Notes under the pieces: generated by a model
The model's input: the letters and a program-made list of their open reading frames with translations, nothing else
What the model was told of the DNA's origin: nothing
Database searches by the model: none
Program-made: the position numbers and the translations under genes
Source of the DNA: an uncultured Acidimicrobiia bacterium
GTDB taxonomy: Bacteria > Actinomycetota > Acidimicrobiia > Acidimicrobiales > AC-14
DNA length: 64,000 bases
Direction: 5' to 3'
Assembly (NCBI GenBank): GCA_963836205.1
Contig: CAWIIV010000024.1
Location: 1 to 64,000 of the forward strand
Shown: piece after piece, positions 12,560 to 23,400 of the stretch
How positions within the stretch are numbered: position 1 is the stretch's first letter
How the letters are laid out: each line of letters opens with the position of its first letter

Positions 12560-13747
12560 ATGAAATCAAAAGCAACTGCGTCCGCCCTCCTTGCCGCCCT
12601 CGCCCTGTTCGGCGCTGCGTGCGGCGACGACAGCTCGTCGGACTCGGCAAGTACCTCGTCCGCCTCCGCCGACATGGTCACCGCCATCCCCAGCCTGTCG
12701 GGCGTGGGCACGTCGGTCACCCTCGACGGTGGCACCGCCGCCGCCCTGACCTCGCTGGGCGTGGCCATCGCCCCCTCGGGCAGCGCCACCTTCGACGCCG
12801 CCACCTCCACCATCACCTTTCCCATCACCGCCGGCTACGCCGAGATCCACTCCGACCTGAGCTTCAAGCCCGGCTACATCCTCGGCTCCATCGACCACGC
12901 GGGGAGCGGCTTCACCCTCACCGCGGGCTCGACCAAGGTCGAGCTGAGCGACTTCGTGGTCGACCCCGGCAACTCGGTCCTCTACGGCACCGTGGGGGCC
13001 ACGCCCATGATCCCGCTGCTCGACCTCGACGGCACCGCGGTCAAGGTCAGCACCGAAGACGGCAACGTCGTGCTCGACGGCACCGTGGCCAAGCTCACCG
13101 ACACCGCCGCCGGCGCACTCAACGACGCCTTCGACGTCGACGCCATCAAGGCGGGCACGCCCCTCGGCGTCGTGCACCTGGTGGCCAAGGGCGAGGCCAC
13201 GACCTACGACGCCTCCACCGACAAGACGGCCGTCATCAGCCGCCTGGCCGGCACGTCCACCTCGGTGACGCTCGACGCCGGCACCGCCGGTGCCCTGCAG
13301 AGCCTGGGCGTGGCCGTGGCCCCCGTCGGCTCGGCCAGCTTCGACGCCGCCACCTCCACGGTGAGCTTCCCCATCACCGGTGGCTTCGCCGCCATCCACT
13401 CCGACCTGGGCTACAAGCCCGGCTACATCGCAGGCACGGTCATCCACCAGGAGAGCGGCCTGCGCTTCTCCAAGGGCACCACGTCGATCGAGGTCACCGA
13501 CTTCGTGGTCGACCCCGGAAACTCGATCCTGACCGCCTCCGCCGGGGGCAAGGCGGGCATCCCCCTCCTCTTCCTCGACGGCACCGCGGTCAAGGTGGGT
13601 AGCCAGGGCTCCGACGTCGTCCTCGACGGCACCGTGGCCAAGCTGACCCAGACCGGCGCCGATGCCCTCAACGGCACCTTCGGGGTCAGCGCCTTCACCG
13701 CCGGGCTGCCCCTGGGTGTGGTCCACCTGGTGGCCTCCGCAGGCTAG
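12560..13747 (+). CDS. Lipoprotein with two tandem ~175-aa homologous beta-rich domains, function unknown
   Basis: Lipobox LFGAA-C and Ser-rich linker; GTSVTLD..TA.AL.SLGVA..P.GSA.FDAATST..FPIT.G...IHSDL..KPGYI.G...H..SG...DFVVDPGNS occurs twice. Confidence 0.85.
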   Translation: MKSKATASALLAALALFGAACGDDSSSDSASTSSASADMVTAIPSLSGVGTSVTLDGGTAAALTSLGVAIAPSGSATFDAATSTITFPITAGYAEIHSDLSFKPGYILGSIDHAGSGFTLTAGSTKVELSDFVVDPGNSVLYGTVGATPMIPLLDLDGTAVKVSTEDGNVVLDGTVAKLTDTAAGALNDAFDVDAIKAGTPLGVVHLVAKGEATTYDASTDKTAVISRLAGTSTSVTLDAGTAGALQSLGVAVAPVGSASFDAATSTVSFPITGGFAAIHSDLGYKPGYIAGTVIHQESGLRFSKGTTSIEVTDFVVDPGNSILTASAGGKAGIPLLFLDGTAVKVGSQGSDVVLDGTVAKLTQTGADALNGTFGVSAFTAGLPLGVVHLVASAG

Positions 13748-13763
13748 AGGCCCAAAGTTTCGG

Positions 13764-13796
13764 AACCGGCACGACGGCCTGTACGTCGTGCCGGTT
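13764..13796 (+). terminator. Probable intrinsic terminator after the lipoprotein gene
   Basis: AACCGGCACGACG-GCCTGTA-CGTCGTGCCGGTT; a second hairpin CGTGACGGCGGA...TCCGCCGTCACG follows at ~13810-13849. Confidence 0.6.
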
Positions 13797-13985
13797 TCGT
13801 CGCGTTCCCGTGACGGCGGAAGCCGGTTCTCTCTCGGTCCGCCGTCACGGGCCTTGCCCCCGGGCAGCAGGCGCGGCCGACAAGTGGTTTCGTCTTCCCA
13901 CGCGGGGGCGCGGGGCGCAAATCCGGCTGTCATCCATATTCGTCGTCAAGTCGACCCGCACCGCCCGCCGATGAAAGAAGGGCTC

Positions 13986-14939
13986 ATGGATCAGGTTGCC
14001 TTCTCAGATTTTCCGTCGGCGGCCACCGCCGTCCTCCAGTTCCTCCAGGGTCGCCTCGGTTTCGACCTGTGGATGGTGACGCGGGCAGTCGGCGAGGACT
14101 GGGTGATCCTCAATGCGGCCGACACCGGCTATGGCGTCGAGAGCGGCGACGTCTTCAGGTGGTCCGACTCCTTCTGCTCGCGGATGGTGGCCGGAGTGGG
14201 GCCGAGAGTCGCCCCCCGCTCCCAGGAGGTGCCCTGCTACGCCGACGCACCGATCGGTCACCAGATCAGCATCAGGGCGTACATCGGCGTTCCGTTGACA
14301 CGTGCGGACGGAACCCTCTTCGGCACGCTGTGCGCCGTCGATCCTGACGAGCAGAAGGACGAGATCCTCGCCGAGCAGCCCATGGTCGAGCTCCTGGCGC
14401 AGCTGCTCAGCACAGTGTTGGAACGCGACCTCCTGGTCGGTCAGATCGAGCGTCGATCCCAGCACTTGGAAGATCTGGCCATGCTCGACGGCCTGACGGG
14501 CCTGCCCAACCGTCGGGCGTGGGACGGCGCCTTGGCGCGAGAGGAGCAGCGGTGCCAAAGATTCGGCCATCCGGCGGCGGTCGTTTCCATCGACCTCGAC
14601 GGACTCAAATACACGAACGACACCCATGGCCACGAGGCCGGGGATGCACTTCTCCGCCGAGCGGCGAGGGCGCTGCACTCGGTGATCCGAACCCATGACA
14701 CCTGCGCCCGCACGGGTGGCGACGAGTTCGCCCTTCTCGCCGCCGAGTGTGCACCTGAGGATGTGGCCGCACTCGTGACCCGCGTCACCGACGCATTCCG
14801 CGAGGGTGGTATCGACGCCTCCATCGGCTTCGGAGTTCGTCGACCGGGCGGCGGCGGGCTGGAAGCGGCGTGGCGGACGGCGGACGCGGGAATGTACCGA
14901 TCGAAGGCGAACCGGAAGGCGTCCACCGCAAACCCGTAG
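13986..14939 (+). CDS. GAF-GGDEF diguanylate cyclase
   Basis: GAF domain (DSFCSRMV...AYIGVPL...GTLCAVD); D.LTGLPNRR, DLDGLKYTND..GH..GD, intact GGDEF and RxxD I-site (RTHD) five residues upstream. Confidence 0.93.
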   Translation: MDQVAFSDFPSAATAVLQFLQGRLGFDLWMVTRAVGEDWVILNAADTGYGVESGDVFRWSDSFCSRMVAGVGPRVAPRSQEVPCYADAPIGHQISIRAYIGVPLTRADGTLFGTLCAVDPDEQKDEILAEQPMVELLAQLLSTVLERDLLVGQIERRSQHLEDLAMLDGLTGLPNRRAWDGALAREEQRCQRFGHPAAVVSIDLDGLKYTNDTHGHEAGDALLRRAARALHSVIRTHDTCARTGGDEFALLAAECAPEDVAALVTRVTDAFREGGIDASIGFGVRRPGGGGLEAAWRTADAGMYRSKANRKASTANP

Positions 14940-14952
14940 TCCTGCCGGTCAG

Positions 14953-17562
14953 TCAGCGACGACGCCGACGGGGGGTGGAGCGGGACGGGCCGCGCCGGGG
15001 CGTCGCCTGCTCGAAGTCGGCGACGGGGCCGAGGTCGAGCAGGGCGCCGATGTGCTCGGAGAGGATCGAGACCGTCTGGCCGTCATGAAGGTCGGTACCG
15101 ACGATCCGTCCCCGCTCCCAGTAGGTGACGATCACGATGATCGGTGGGGCCAACTCGGCGGTGGGGTCGCCCAGCGAGATCGCCAGCACGTGGGTCTCCC
15201 GGTAGGCGGTTTCGAGGGCATCCTCCAGTTCGTCGTCGAGCACGACCCGGACCTCACCGGCCTTGACCGCCGGCGGCGGTTCGGGCGGTGGACCACCACT
15301 CACGATCTCCGCGGCCAGGCTCGCCGCCGTCTCCTCGTCGATCGGTGCCGCCGGCGAGGGTCGCAGGCCGCGGCCGGGGCGGAACGGCTCCGGCAGGACG
15401 TCGTCGGCACCCACGGCTGACCTCCGGCCACCGGCCTTCGGCGGGGGCCCGTCCTTCCGCCTTTCGACCGACACTGTCCCGGGCTCACGGGCGTGGCCGG
15501 TGGGGAGGAATCCGGCCTCCCGGAGGCCCTCGATCACCTTGCCCGAACCGTGGGCGCTCACCGCAACTGTGGGGGCCAGGAGGCGGAGGGCCAGCTTGCG
15601 GGTCTGCCGGTGGGAGACGGCGTCGGCCAGGACGGCGGCGTCGGCGGCGACCACGAACGAGCCCGCGCTCCCGACCTGGAGGTGCCCGTAGCGCCGGGCG
15701 ACGTCGGCCACCAGGTACGCCAGGGGCCCGGGCACGCCCTTGTCGGCGTGGGCCTCCAGGAAGGCCAAGATGCCGTCGGCGTCGCGTCCGGTGTCGAATC
15801 CCCGGCGCAGTGAGCCGTACGAGAACCGGTAGGTGGTGGCGGCCCCGTGGGATTCCTGGTCGGCGAGGAGCCGCAGCTCGACGAGGACGTCGCGTTCGAG
15901 CGCGCCCAGGGCCGTCGCGGTCAGGTCGGCCTGGAGGGTGAAGGACCGCACCGGCTCGGGCATGGCGTCGGCCAGCGCCTTCTCCGCCGCCGACGCCTCG
16001 CCGGCCACCAGTGACCGGCCGAACGACGACAGTGACCCCGCCCCGACGATGCCCAGTAGCTCGGCTTCCTCGTAGACCCAGCCGATGACAGTGGCCGGAC
16101 TTCCGAAATCGACGTGGAGCCAGGGCTGGGGTCGGTCCCAGAAGACGGTGGCGGCCAGGGCCGGAGCGGTCGTCGCCGTGCCCGGGGCCAACGAGGCCAG
16201 GGCGGCCAGCACCTCCCGCCGGCGTTCGTGGGCGGCGGGGGCATAGACGAACCTGAGCACAGGGGTCGTCTTGGTCCCCGGTTCCTTCCGGCCGGTGGCG
16301 CTGGGCCAATGGTCGGCCCGCAGCCAGGCACGGGCCAGCTGCGCCCACCGGGCCGGCGCCGGTCGAGCCGACCACGCCCGGGCCGCGGCGGTGGTGGTGA
16401 CGACGGTGTCGTAGGTGGCCTTGCGACCGGTGCCGTGGTGGACGACCTTGGTGTCGAGCATCCCGGCCAGGTTCGCCAGCTCGGCCAGGCGGGCGGCCTC
16501 GGAGACGTCGGTATCGAGCCTCGCCGCCACCTGCTTGAGGACGGTGACGCCCAGACCTCCGCTTTTCAGCGTGGTGACCGGTGCCTCGGCCCACGCCTCC
16601 AGCAGGTCGGTGAGGCGTTCGACGGTCCGCACCGCCCGGGCCGCGGCGGTGTCGTCGACCACGGCCGGGTCGGCGGCACCCGTGTCCAGGGCCGGCTTCC
16701 GCAGGGCAAGGTCGGCGACCGGACGCCCGCCCCGCAGCGCGACCCCGACCTCACGGGGCTGGGCGGCCGATCGCCCGTCGCCCGTCGGGAGCAGCAGTGC
16801 CCGTTCGTACAGCCAGTACGTAGGCTCCCTCATGTAGTACGACGAGTAGCGGGAGTAGTCCAGTGGGTGGCCGACGGTGACGAGGGCCTTCCCGCCGGCC
16901 ATGGCCCGGGCCAGGCTGGCGGCGGGCTCGGGGCCGGTGGCCAGCACCGCCTCGACCAGACCGGGGACGACCAGCAGCGCGCCCAGCTCGTCGACCAGCT
17001 CTGCCTTCCGGGGCGGGCGTCCGTCGGGACCGATCGACGCCGGCGGCAGGGCCAGCGCCGCCGCCGAGGCGACGCCGCGCAGCAGGTGGAGGGCGCTCTT
17101 GAGATAGTCGACGATCTGGTCGCGGAGGAGGACCTGGGCCGGGGGGCCGAGCGTGGTGGGCATGGCCTGGCGCAACGTGCCCGAGACGTGGACCCGCCCG
17201 TCGTACCGCCATACCAGCGCGGCCGCCTCGAGGGAGTCGAGCACGGGTTCGACGTCGGCCGGCTCGACCCCCTCCGGAAGGGCGGCCGCCAGCTCGGCCA
17301 GGGGGGCATCGGGCCGGGAGCAGACGAGGAGCTGGAGCAGGCGGTTCTCGGGCAGGGTGGTCGACGAGATGGCGGCCACGACCGAGGTGTGCTGCTGCGC
17401 CCGCTGGGCCAGCTCGGCCCGATCGGACGGAGGCGACGGGCGCCCGAGGTCGGGCCGGCGCAGGAGCAGGCGGGCGACTTGGGGCGCGTCCCAGGTGGCG
17501 AGGTGGGCGGTCAGCGTGCGGCGGGTGTCGGCGGGACTCAACTGGCCCCTATCGTGTCTCAT
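14953..17562 (-). CDS. Helicase-associated (Helicase_C_3, Rv0862c-like) domain protein
   Basis: LL.RRPDL N-terminus, LKSGGLGV, QADLTA...G, ESHGAATTYRFS..SLRRGFD.G, P..LAYLV.DVARRYG motifs typical of the actinobacterial family. Confidence 0.85.
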   Translation of the reverse strand: MRHDRGQLSPADTRRTLTAHLATWDAPQVARLLLRRPDLGRPSPPSDRAELAQRAQQHTSVVAAISSTTLPENRLLQLLVCSRPDAPLAELAAALPEGVEPADVEPVLDSLEAAALVWRYDGRVHVSGTLRQAMPTTLGPPAQVLLRDQIVDYLKSALHLLRGVASAAALALPPASIGPDGRPPRKAELVDELGALLVVPGLVEAVLATGPEPAASLARAMAGGKALVTVGHPLDYSRYSSYYMREPTYWLYERALLLPTGDGRSAAQPREVGVALRGGRPVADLALRKPALDTGAADPAVVDDTAAARAVRTVERLTDLLEAWAEAPVTTLKSGGLGVTVLKQVAARLDTDVSEAARLAELANLAGMLDTKVVHHGTGRKATYDTVVTTTAAARAWSARPAPARWAQLARAWLRADHWPSATGRKEPGTKTTPVLRFVYAPAAHERRREVLAALASLAPGTATTAPALAATVFWDRPQPWLHVDFGSPATVIGWVYEEAELLGIVGAGSLSSFGRSLVAGEASAAEKALADAMPEPVRSFTLQADLTATALGALERDVLVELRLLADQESHGAATTYRFSYGSLRRGFDTGRDADGILAFLEAHADKGVPGPLAYLVADVARRYGHLQVGSAGSFVVAADAAVLADAVSHRQTRKLALRLLAPTVAVSAHGSGKVIEGLREAGFLPTGHAREPGTVSVERRKDGPPPKAGGRRSAVGADDVLPEPFRPGRGLRPSPAAPIDEETAASLAAEIVSGGPPPEPPPAVKAGEVRVVLDDELEDALETAYRETHVLAISLGDPTAELAPPIIVIVTYWERGRIVGTDLHDGQTVSILSEHIGALLDLGPVADFEQATPRRGPSRSTPRRRRR

Positions 17563-17590
17563 CCCCGGACTGCGACCGGCGACCGCGGGG

Positions 17591-18262
17591 TTACACCGGG
17601 CTGTGCCGGTAGGCGGAGGTGGCCCGGGCCAGCCTGACGGCGGTGATGGCGGCGGCCAGGGCGACGGTGAGCTCGGCCACCTCGCTGAACTTGGCCACCC
17701 GGGCGGGGGGCGACGGCCAGACCAGGCGCACCGCGGTGAAGGCGGCGGCCATGGCGAACCAGGGCACGACGAAGGGCGGGGGCAGGAGCGCGGATCGCAG
17801 CGTCCAGCCCCGCCGGACCGCCACCCACCTCGCGGCCGGTCGGCTGAGCGCCCCTGCGAGGGAGATGGCCAGGATGCCCAGGTTGGACAGGGCCAGGCCG
17901 GGGCCGACGTTGTGGAGGGAGACGTCGCCCTGGTCGTTGGCCCGCTCGACGGCCGCCACGCTGACCCCGAACAGGCGCTGGCCCCAGGCCAGCTCCTCGC
18001 CCACCACCACCACGAACAGGGCGCACCAGAGGGCGGCGAAGCCGGCGGCGGCCACGTTCACCCGCCGGAGGGTGACGGCCATGGCCAGGCAGCCGGCCCC
18101 CGCCACCGCGAACGCACCCACCTGAACCCATTCGAACACCCGGTCCTCGGCGACGAAGTAGTAGAAGCCCCTCGTCCACCAGATCCCGGCTGCCGCCACC
18201 GCCAGCCACACGACCACGGGGGCGGTGGCCAGGGCCGTGGCCCGGCGTCCGGCGATGGTCAC
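17591..18262 (-). CDS. Multi-pass membrane protein, unknown function
   Basis: About 6 hydrophobic segments; ED..FEW.Q and GEELAWGQR...N.QG...LHN motifs; TAGATT -10 six nt before GTG (leaderless). Confidence 0.75.
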   Translation of the reverse strand: MTIAGRRATALATAPVVVWLAVAAAGIWWTRGFYYFVAEDRVFEWVQVGAFAVAGAGCLAMAVTLRRVNVAAAGFAALWCALFVVVVGEELAWGQRLFGVSVAAVERANDQGDVSLHNVGPGLALSNLGILAISLAGALSRPAARWVAVRRGWTLRSALLPPPFVVPWFAMAAAFTAVRLVWPSPPARVAKFSEVAELTVALAAAITAVRLARATSAYRHSPV

Positions 18263-18337
18263 GCCGGGAATCTAACCAGGGCCGCCTGGCGCGCTTCCCG
18301 TCCTCGACGGCAGGCGCCCGAACTACCGTGCACCGCC

Positions 18338-19493
18338 ATGCGGGTCTTGGCGTCGACGACGGCCGGGGCCGGCCACCTCGGGCCGCTCGTCCCCTTCGCC
18401 CGGGCCCTGGTCGACGCCGGCCACGAGGTCGTCATGGCTGCCCCGGCATCGTTCGGGCCGGCGGTGGAGCAGGCCGGCTTCACCCACCACCCGTTCGCCG
18501 ACGGGCCGGAGGACGAGTTGGCGGCCGCCTTCGCCCGGCTCCCGGACTGTCCAACCACGACGCCAACGTCGTCGTGGTCACCGAGGTCTTCGGGCGGATC
18601 GACGCCCGGGCCGCCCTCCCGGGGGTGAGGGAGTTGGCCGACCGGTGGCGGCCCGATCTGGTCCTGCGGGAGGCGAGGGAGCTGGCGTCGTACGTGGTGG
18701 CGGACGTCGACGAGATCCCCCACGCGACCGTCGGCATCAGCCTCGACTCGTTCGAGGACGGGTTCCTTCCCGGGTTCGAGGGTCCCCTGGCCGACCTCGG
18801 CGCCCGCCGTGGAGTGGCCGGGCTGCGGTCGGCACCCCGCCTGTCGCTGCTCCCGCCCGCCTTCGAGGGCGCGGCCGCGCTCGTGTCGGGCACGACCAGG
18901 CGCTTCCGGGACGACACCGCCGTCGCCGCCGGGAGCGACCCCCTGCCCGATTGGTGGCCGGGCTCGTCCGACCGCTTGGTGTACGTGACCTTCGGGACGG
19001 TCGCGGCCGGCATCGGACTGCTCCCCACGCTCTACCAAGGGGTGGTGGGGCCGTCGCCGACCTGCCCGTCCGAGTCCTGCTCACCCTGGGCCAGGCGGGG
19101 GACCCGGAGGCGCTCGGGCCGGTGCCTCCCAACGTCCACGTCGAGCGGTGGTGGCCGCAGGCCGAGGTCATGGCCCACGCGGCGGCGATGGTGAGCCACG
19201 GCGGCTTCGGAACCACCCTGGCCGGGTTGGCCGCGGGCGTTCCCATGGTGGTCGTCCCCCTGTTCGCCGACCAGCCGTACAACGCGTTACGGGTGGAGGC
19301 GGTGAACGCGGGCGTCGTCCTCGGCGGCGGGCCGGCGGCCATCGACGGGTTGGCCGGCGCCCTCCGCCAAGTGCTCGACGGGGACTGGTACCGGGCCGGT
19401 GCCCGGCGGATGGCGGAGCAGGTCGCCCGCCTCCCGCCGGCGGCGGACGCCGTCCCCCTCCTGGAGGAGATCGCCGGCTACCGGCGTCCGTGA
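18338..19493 (+). CDS. Family 1 glycosyltransferase (EryCIII/MGT-like), two apparent frameshifts
   Basis: MRVL.ST..G.GHLGPLVP.A.AL..AGHEV N-terminus; VYVTFGT; WWPQ.EV...A.AMVSHGG.GTT..GL..GVP.VVVP.FADQ..NA UDP-sugar motif. Shifts at ~18544 and ~19050. Confidence 0.88.
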
Positions 19494-19641
19494 ACGGCCG
19501 TCCGACGGGCATATCCCGCGATTTGCCACCCACCGCGGTCGCCCGCTTCGGTTGGACGAGCGCGACAGCACCCAGCGCGGCTATCTTTCTCCCCGTCTGG
19601 CCAGCACCCCATGAAGTTGGCCTGTAGGAGAGGAGCCAGCC

Positions 19642-20406
19642 GTGGTTTCCGTCACCTCAACCAGACGGTCGACGTCGACCGCGGCCAGCCCGGCGCCCCG
19701 GGCCAAGCCGCAGGACTCCGAGCGGGCCTACCTGGCCCGGTGGATGAAGATCTGGGTCAGCCTCCTGTGCATCGTCACCCTGGTGGTCGTCGTCTACCTG
19801 ACGTTCATCACCAACTCGTTGGCCAACGTCAACGGCAACCTGGGCACGGTCTCCCGCCAGGTGGGCGGGGCGGGTACCAACACCGTCAACCTGCCCAGCC
19901 ACGTCGACCGGATCAACAGCTCCCTCACCCAGATCGACGGCGCCCTCAAGCCGATCCCGGGCCAGGCGGGCGAGATCGTGGGCGCCCTCACGTCGGTCAA
20001 CGACAAGCTCACGCAGACCGATGCGTCCCTCGCCGACACGTCCGCCGCCCTGCAGACGGTGCTGGGCAGCGTGGGCGACATCGGCACCACCCTGATCGAT
20101 GCCGACGAGCCGGGCGACAACCTGGGCGTGCAGGACATCCACCAGCGCATCGCCCGCATCAACGGCGCCAACTCCCCGGGGGTGGGGACGGCGACGGCGG
20201 GAGGCACGCCCGGTCCGTTCGGTGCGTCACCCGCCAACCTCAGCACCGTCAGGGCCGACACCGCCGTCATCGGAGGTCAGATCGGGGCCATCAACTCACG
20301 GCTCGTCGGCGTCTGCCAGAGCCTGGTCGTCACCCTCCTCAACACGGTCAGCGGGCTGCTGGGCGGCCTCCTCGGTGGCGGCGGCGGCGGTTCCTGCCCC
20401 GCCTGA
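19642..20406 (+). CDS. Single-TM protein with long extracytoplasmic heptad/coiled-coil region, unknown function
   Basis: RBS AGGAGAGGA at ~19626; TM IWVSLLCIVTLVVVVYLTFI; amphipathic heptad repeats; two C-terminal Cys. Confidence 0.7.
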   Translation: MVSVTSTRRSTSTAASPAPRAKPQDSERAYLARWMKIWVSLLCIVTLVVVVYLTFITNSLANVNGNLGTVSRQVGGAGTNTVNLPSHVDRINSSLTQIDGALKPIPGQAGEIVGALTSVNDKLTQTDASLADTSAALQTVLGSVGDIGTTLIDADEPGDNLGVQDIHQRIARINGANSPGVGTATAGGTPGPFGASPANLSTVRADTAVIGGQIGAINSRLVGVCQSLVVTLLNTVSGLLGGLLGGGGGGSCPA

Positions 20407-23400
20407 CGTCGTCGCCACCAGCGCCACCGCCTGGCGGACGTAGAGCTCGGCCAGCCGCAGCTCGAGGTCGGAGCGGTGGTGGGAGTGGCGGGTGTGGGTG
20501 GTGAGCACGCCCACGGGCCGGCCGGCGCGGTCGACGAGGGGCGTCGACTGGGTGCCGGCGCTGTCGGGCTGGAGGACGCGGTAGGAGACGTCGGGGCCGT
20601 CGGCGGCGTCGACGTCGGGGGTGTCCCGGCGGGCGACGACCTCGAGTTCGCCCGTGGCCGGGTCATAGAGGCAGACCGTTCCGCCGTCGGCGCGGTGGAG
20701 CTCGACGGCGGCATCGAGAACTTCGGTCAGTAGCTCGTCGCGTCCGGACGCGGCCGGGAGCCGGGCGGTGAGCTCCTGGAAGCGGGCCAGGGCCTGGACG
20801 TCGGCCAGCAGGCGGTCGGTGGCGACGGTCAGCCGCTCGTCGGCGGTGCGGCGGTCGGTGACGTCCATGGCCACACCGAACAGCCGGCGTGGATCGTCCG
20901 GGAACGGGCGGGCGACCGAGCGGATCCACCGGACGGCGCCCGCCGCGCTCCGGACGGAGTACTCGTCGGTGGCGGACTCGCCGTCGGTGAGCGTGCGGTC
21001 GAGGCGGTCCAGGTGGGCGGCGAGTTCGTCCTCGTCGGCGACGTCGACCGGCCCGTCGCCGGTGAGGCCGAACAGGGCCCGGCCGTCGCCCCCCAGGAAG
21101 GCGAGGCGGCGGGCGCCCGTGTCCCACTCGAAGGCGACCAAGCCCGACGCGGCCATGGCCAGCTCCAGCCGCTCGTCACCGGTGCGCACGGCTTTGTCCC
21201 GCTGCCGCCGCATTCGGGACAGCTCCAGGTGCGCTCCCACCCGGGCCACCAGCTCGCGGGCCGAGAAGGGCTTGACGATGTAGTCGTCGGCGCCCGCCTC
21301 CAGGCCGGCCACGGTGGCGTCGTCGCCCGCCCGGGCCGAGAGGAGGATGACGGGCAGGTCGCGCAGGCGGGGTTCGGGCCGGATCTCGTGCAGGAGAGTC
21401 AGGCCGTCGACCCCGGGCATCATCACGTCGGCCACGACCAGGTCGGGCGGGCTGGACGACGCCAGGCGGGCCCGCGCCTCGGCCCCGTCGGACGCCACGT
21501 CGACCTTCCAGTGACGTCCGAGGAGGCGCCGGAGGTAGGTGCGCAGGTCGGCGTTGTCGTCTACCACCAGGACGCGGGCCCACGAGGCCGGCGCCACCCC
21601 TCCGACATCGAGGTCGAGGAGGTCGTGGCCGGGCTCCGCCGACCACCCGCGGGCCTCCTCCGCGTGCGACCGGGCCAGGCTCAAGGGGTCGACGTCGGCG
21701 TCGGGCGGTGGGCCGGCGTCGACCCTCCGGCCCCGGGGCACCCAGACGGTGAACGTCGAGCCCTCTCCCTCCTGGCTCCGCACCCGCACCCGCCCGTGGT
21801 GGAGGCGGACGAGGTCGTCGACCAGCGACAACCCGATCCCCGTTCCCTCCCGGGTACGGGCCACTGCCCCCTCCACCCGGCGGAAGCGCTCGAACACGTG
21901 AGGGAGCTCGGACTCGGGGATGCCGGCACCGGTGTCGGCCACCACCAGCTCGGCGTGGGACGGGAGGAGGCGGAGGGTGACGGTGACGTGTCCCCGGAGG
22001 GTGAACTTGAGGGCGTTGGAGAGCAGGTTGGAGACGATGCGCTCCCACATGACCCGGTCGACCCAGATGGGCTCGGGCAGGGGCGGGCAGTCGGCGATCA
22101 GCCGTAGCCCGGCCGCGTCGGCGGCGCTGCCGAAGACGCCCACCAGGTCGCGGGTGAGGGCGGACAGGTCGGTGGCCTCGAACGACCCCCGTCGCCGGCC
22201 CACCTCGACCTGGGAGAAGTCGAGAAGGGACTGCACCATCCGCAACAGGCGGACGGCGCCCCGGTGGGCGAGCTGGAGGTCGTCGGCGACGGTGGGGGGC
22301 AGGTCGTCCCGGTGGGCAAGGGCGGCTTCGAGGGGACCGAGGAGGAGGGTCAGGGGGGTGCGGAACTCGTGGCTGACGTTGGCGAAGAACTCTGTCTTGG
22401 CCCGCTCGACCTCGACCTGCGCCTCCTGGCGGCCCCGCTCGTGCTGGCGGGCCCGGGCGCTGGTGAGGGCCTCCGCCAGCCGGGCCGCGACCTGGTCGAG
22501 GAAGCCGCGGTAGCCGGGGTCGAGCGGCCGGCGGGCGCTCAGTCCGAGGACGACCACGCCCGCCGGCCGCTCGTCGTGGGCCGGGCGCAGGGGGAGGACG
22601 ACGGCGCCCGGCGGGGGCTCGGGGTAGGGGCCGGCCCGCAGTCCCGGCAGGCGGTCGGCCAGGTCGTCGACCACCGCCGGCGACGCGAACCGGGCCACGG
22701 TGGCGAGGGGCCAGACGGTGTCGTCGTCCGCCAAGGCCACCGTCCGGGGCGCGGCCACCGTTCCCGGCAGGAGCCCGGTGGACGCGGTCAGCTGGGCCCG
22801 GCTGCGGGTGCCGTCGAGCAGGTAGACGAGGGCGAACGGCACCAGGCCGGGGTCGGCCTCGAGGACGGCCACCGCCCGCTCGGCGGCGTCGGCGACGGTG
22901 GCGGCCCCGGCCGCATCGGCCTGCAACCGGTGCACGACTTCGTCCCGGCGCCGGCCGAGGACCCGCTCGGTCGTGTCGAGGGCGGTCGACAGGGTGCCGG
23001 CCAGTCCCCCCTGGTCCCCCCGGAGCGCGGTCAACGCCGACGTGAGGAACAGCTCCCGGCGCTCGACGGTGAAGGGGGCGTCCTCCACCATCCGGGGCCG
23101 TCCGGTCTCGAGCACGTCGGCGTGGGCGGGGCCGTTGACCGCCCAGGCGTCGGGCCAGGCGTCGCGAAGTGGCCGTCCGACGACCCGGGCGAAGTCGGCG
23201 CCGAGGAGGCGGCGGGACGCGTCGTTGGGCAGCACGACCAGCTCCGGGCCCCAGTGGACGATGACCGGCAGGGGACTGTCGAGCATGGTCCGCACCGCCG
23301 TGGCCAGGCTGGCCGGCCAGGTGCCGACCGGCCCGAGGGGCGTGGCCGACCAGTCGACCGTGCGGAGGAAGCCCGCCGCCTCGCTGCCGCCCACGAAGAC

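Noticed and set aside
13880-13935. c-di-GMP-I riboswitch before the diguanylate cyclase (GGGGCGCAAA)
   Set aside because: The upstream GGCAAAC/GNRA-capped stem and the downstream pairing were not found; an Rfam scan would be needed.
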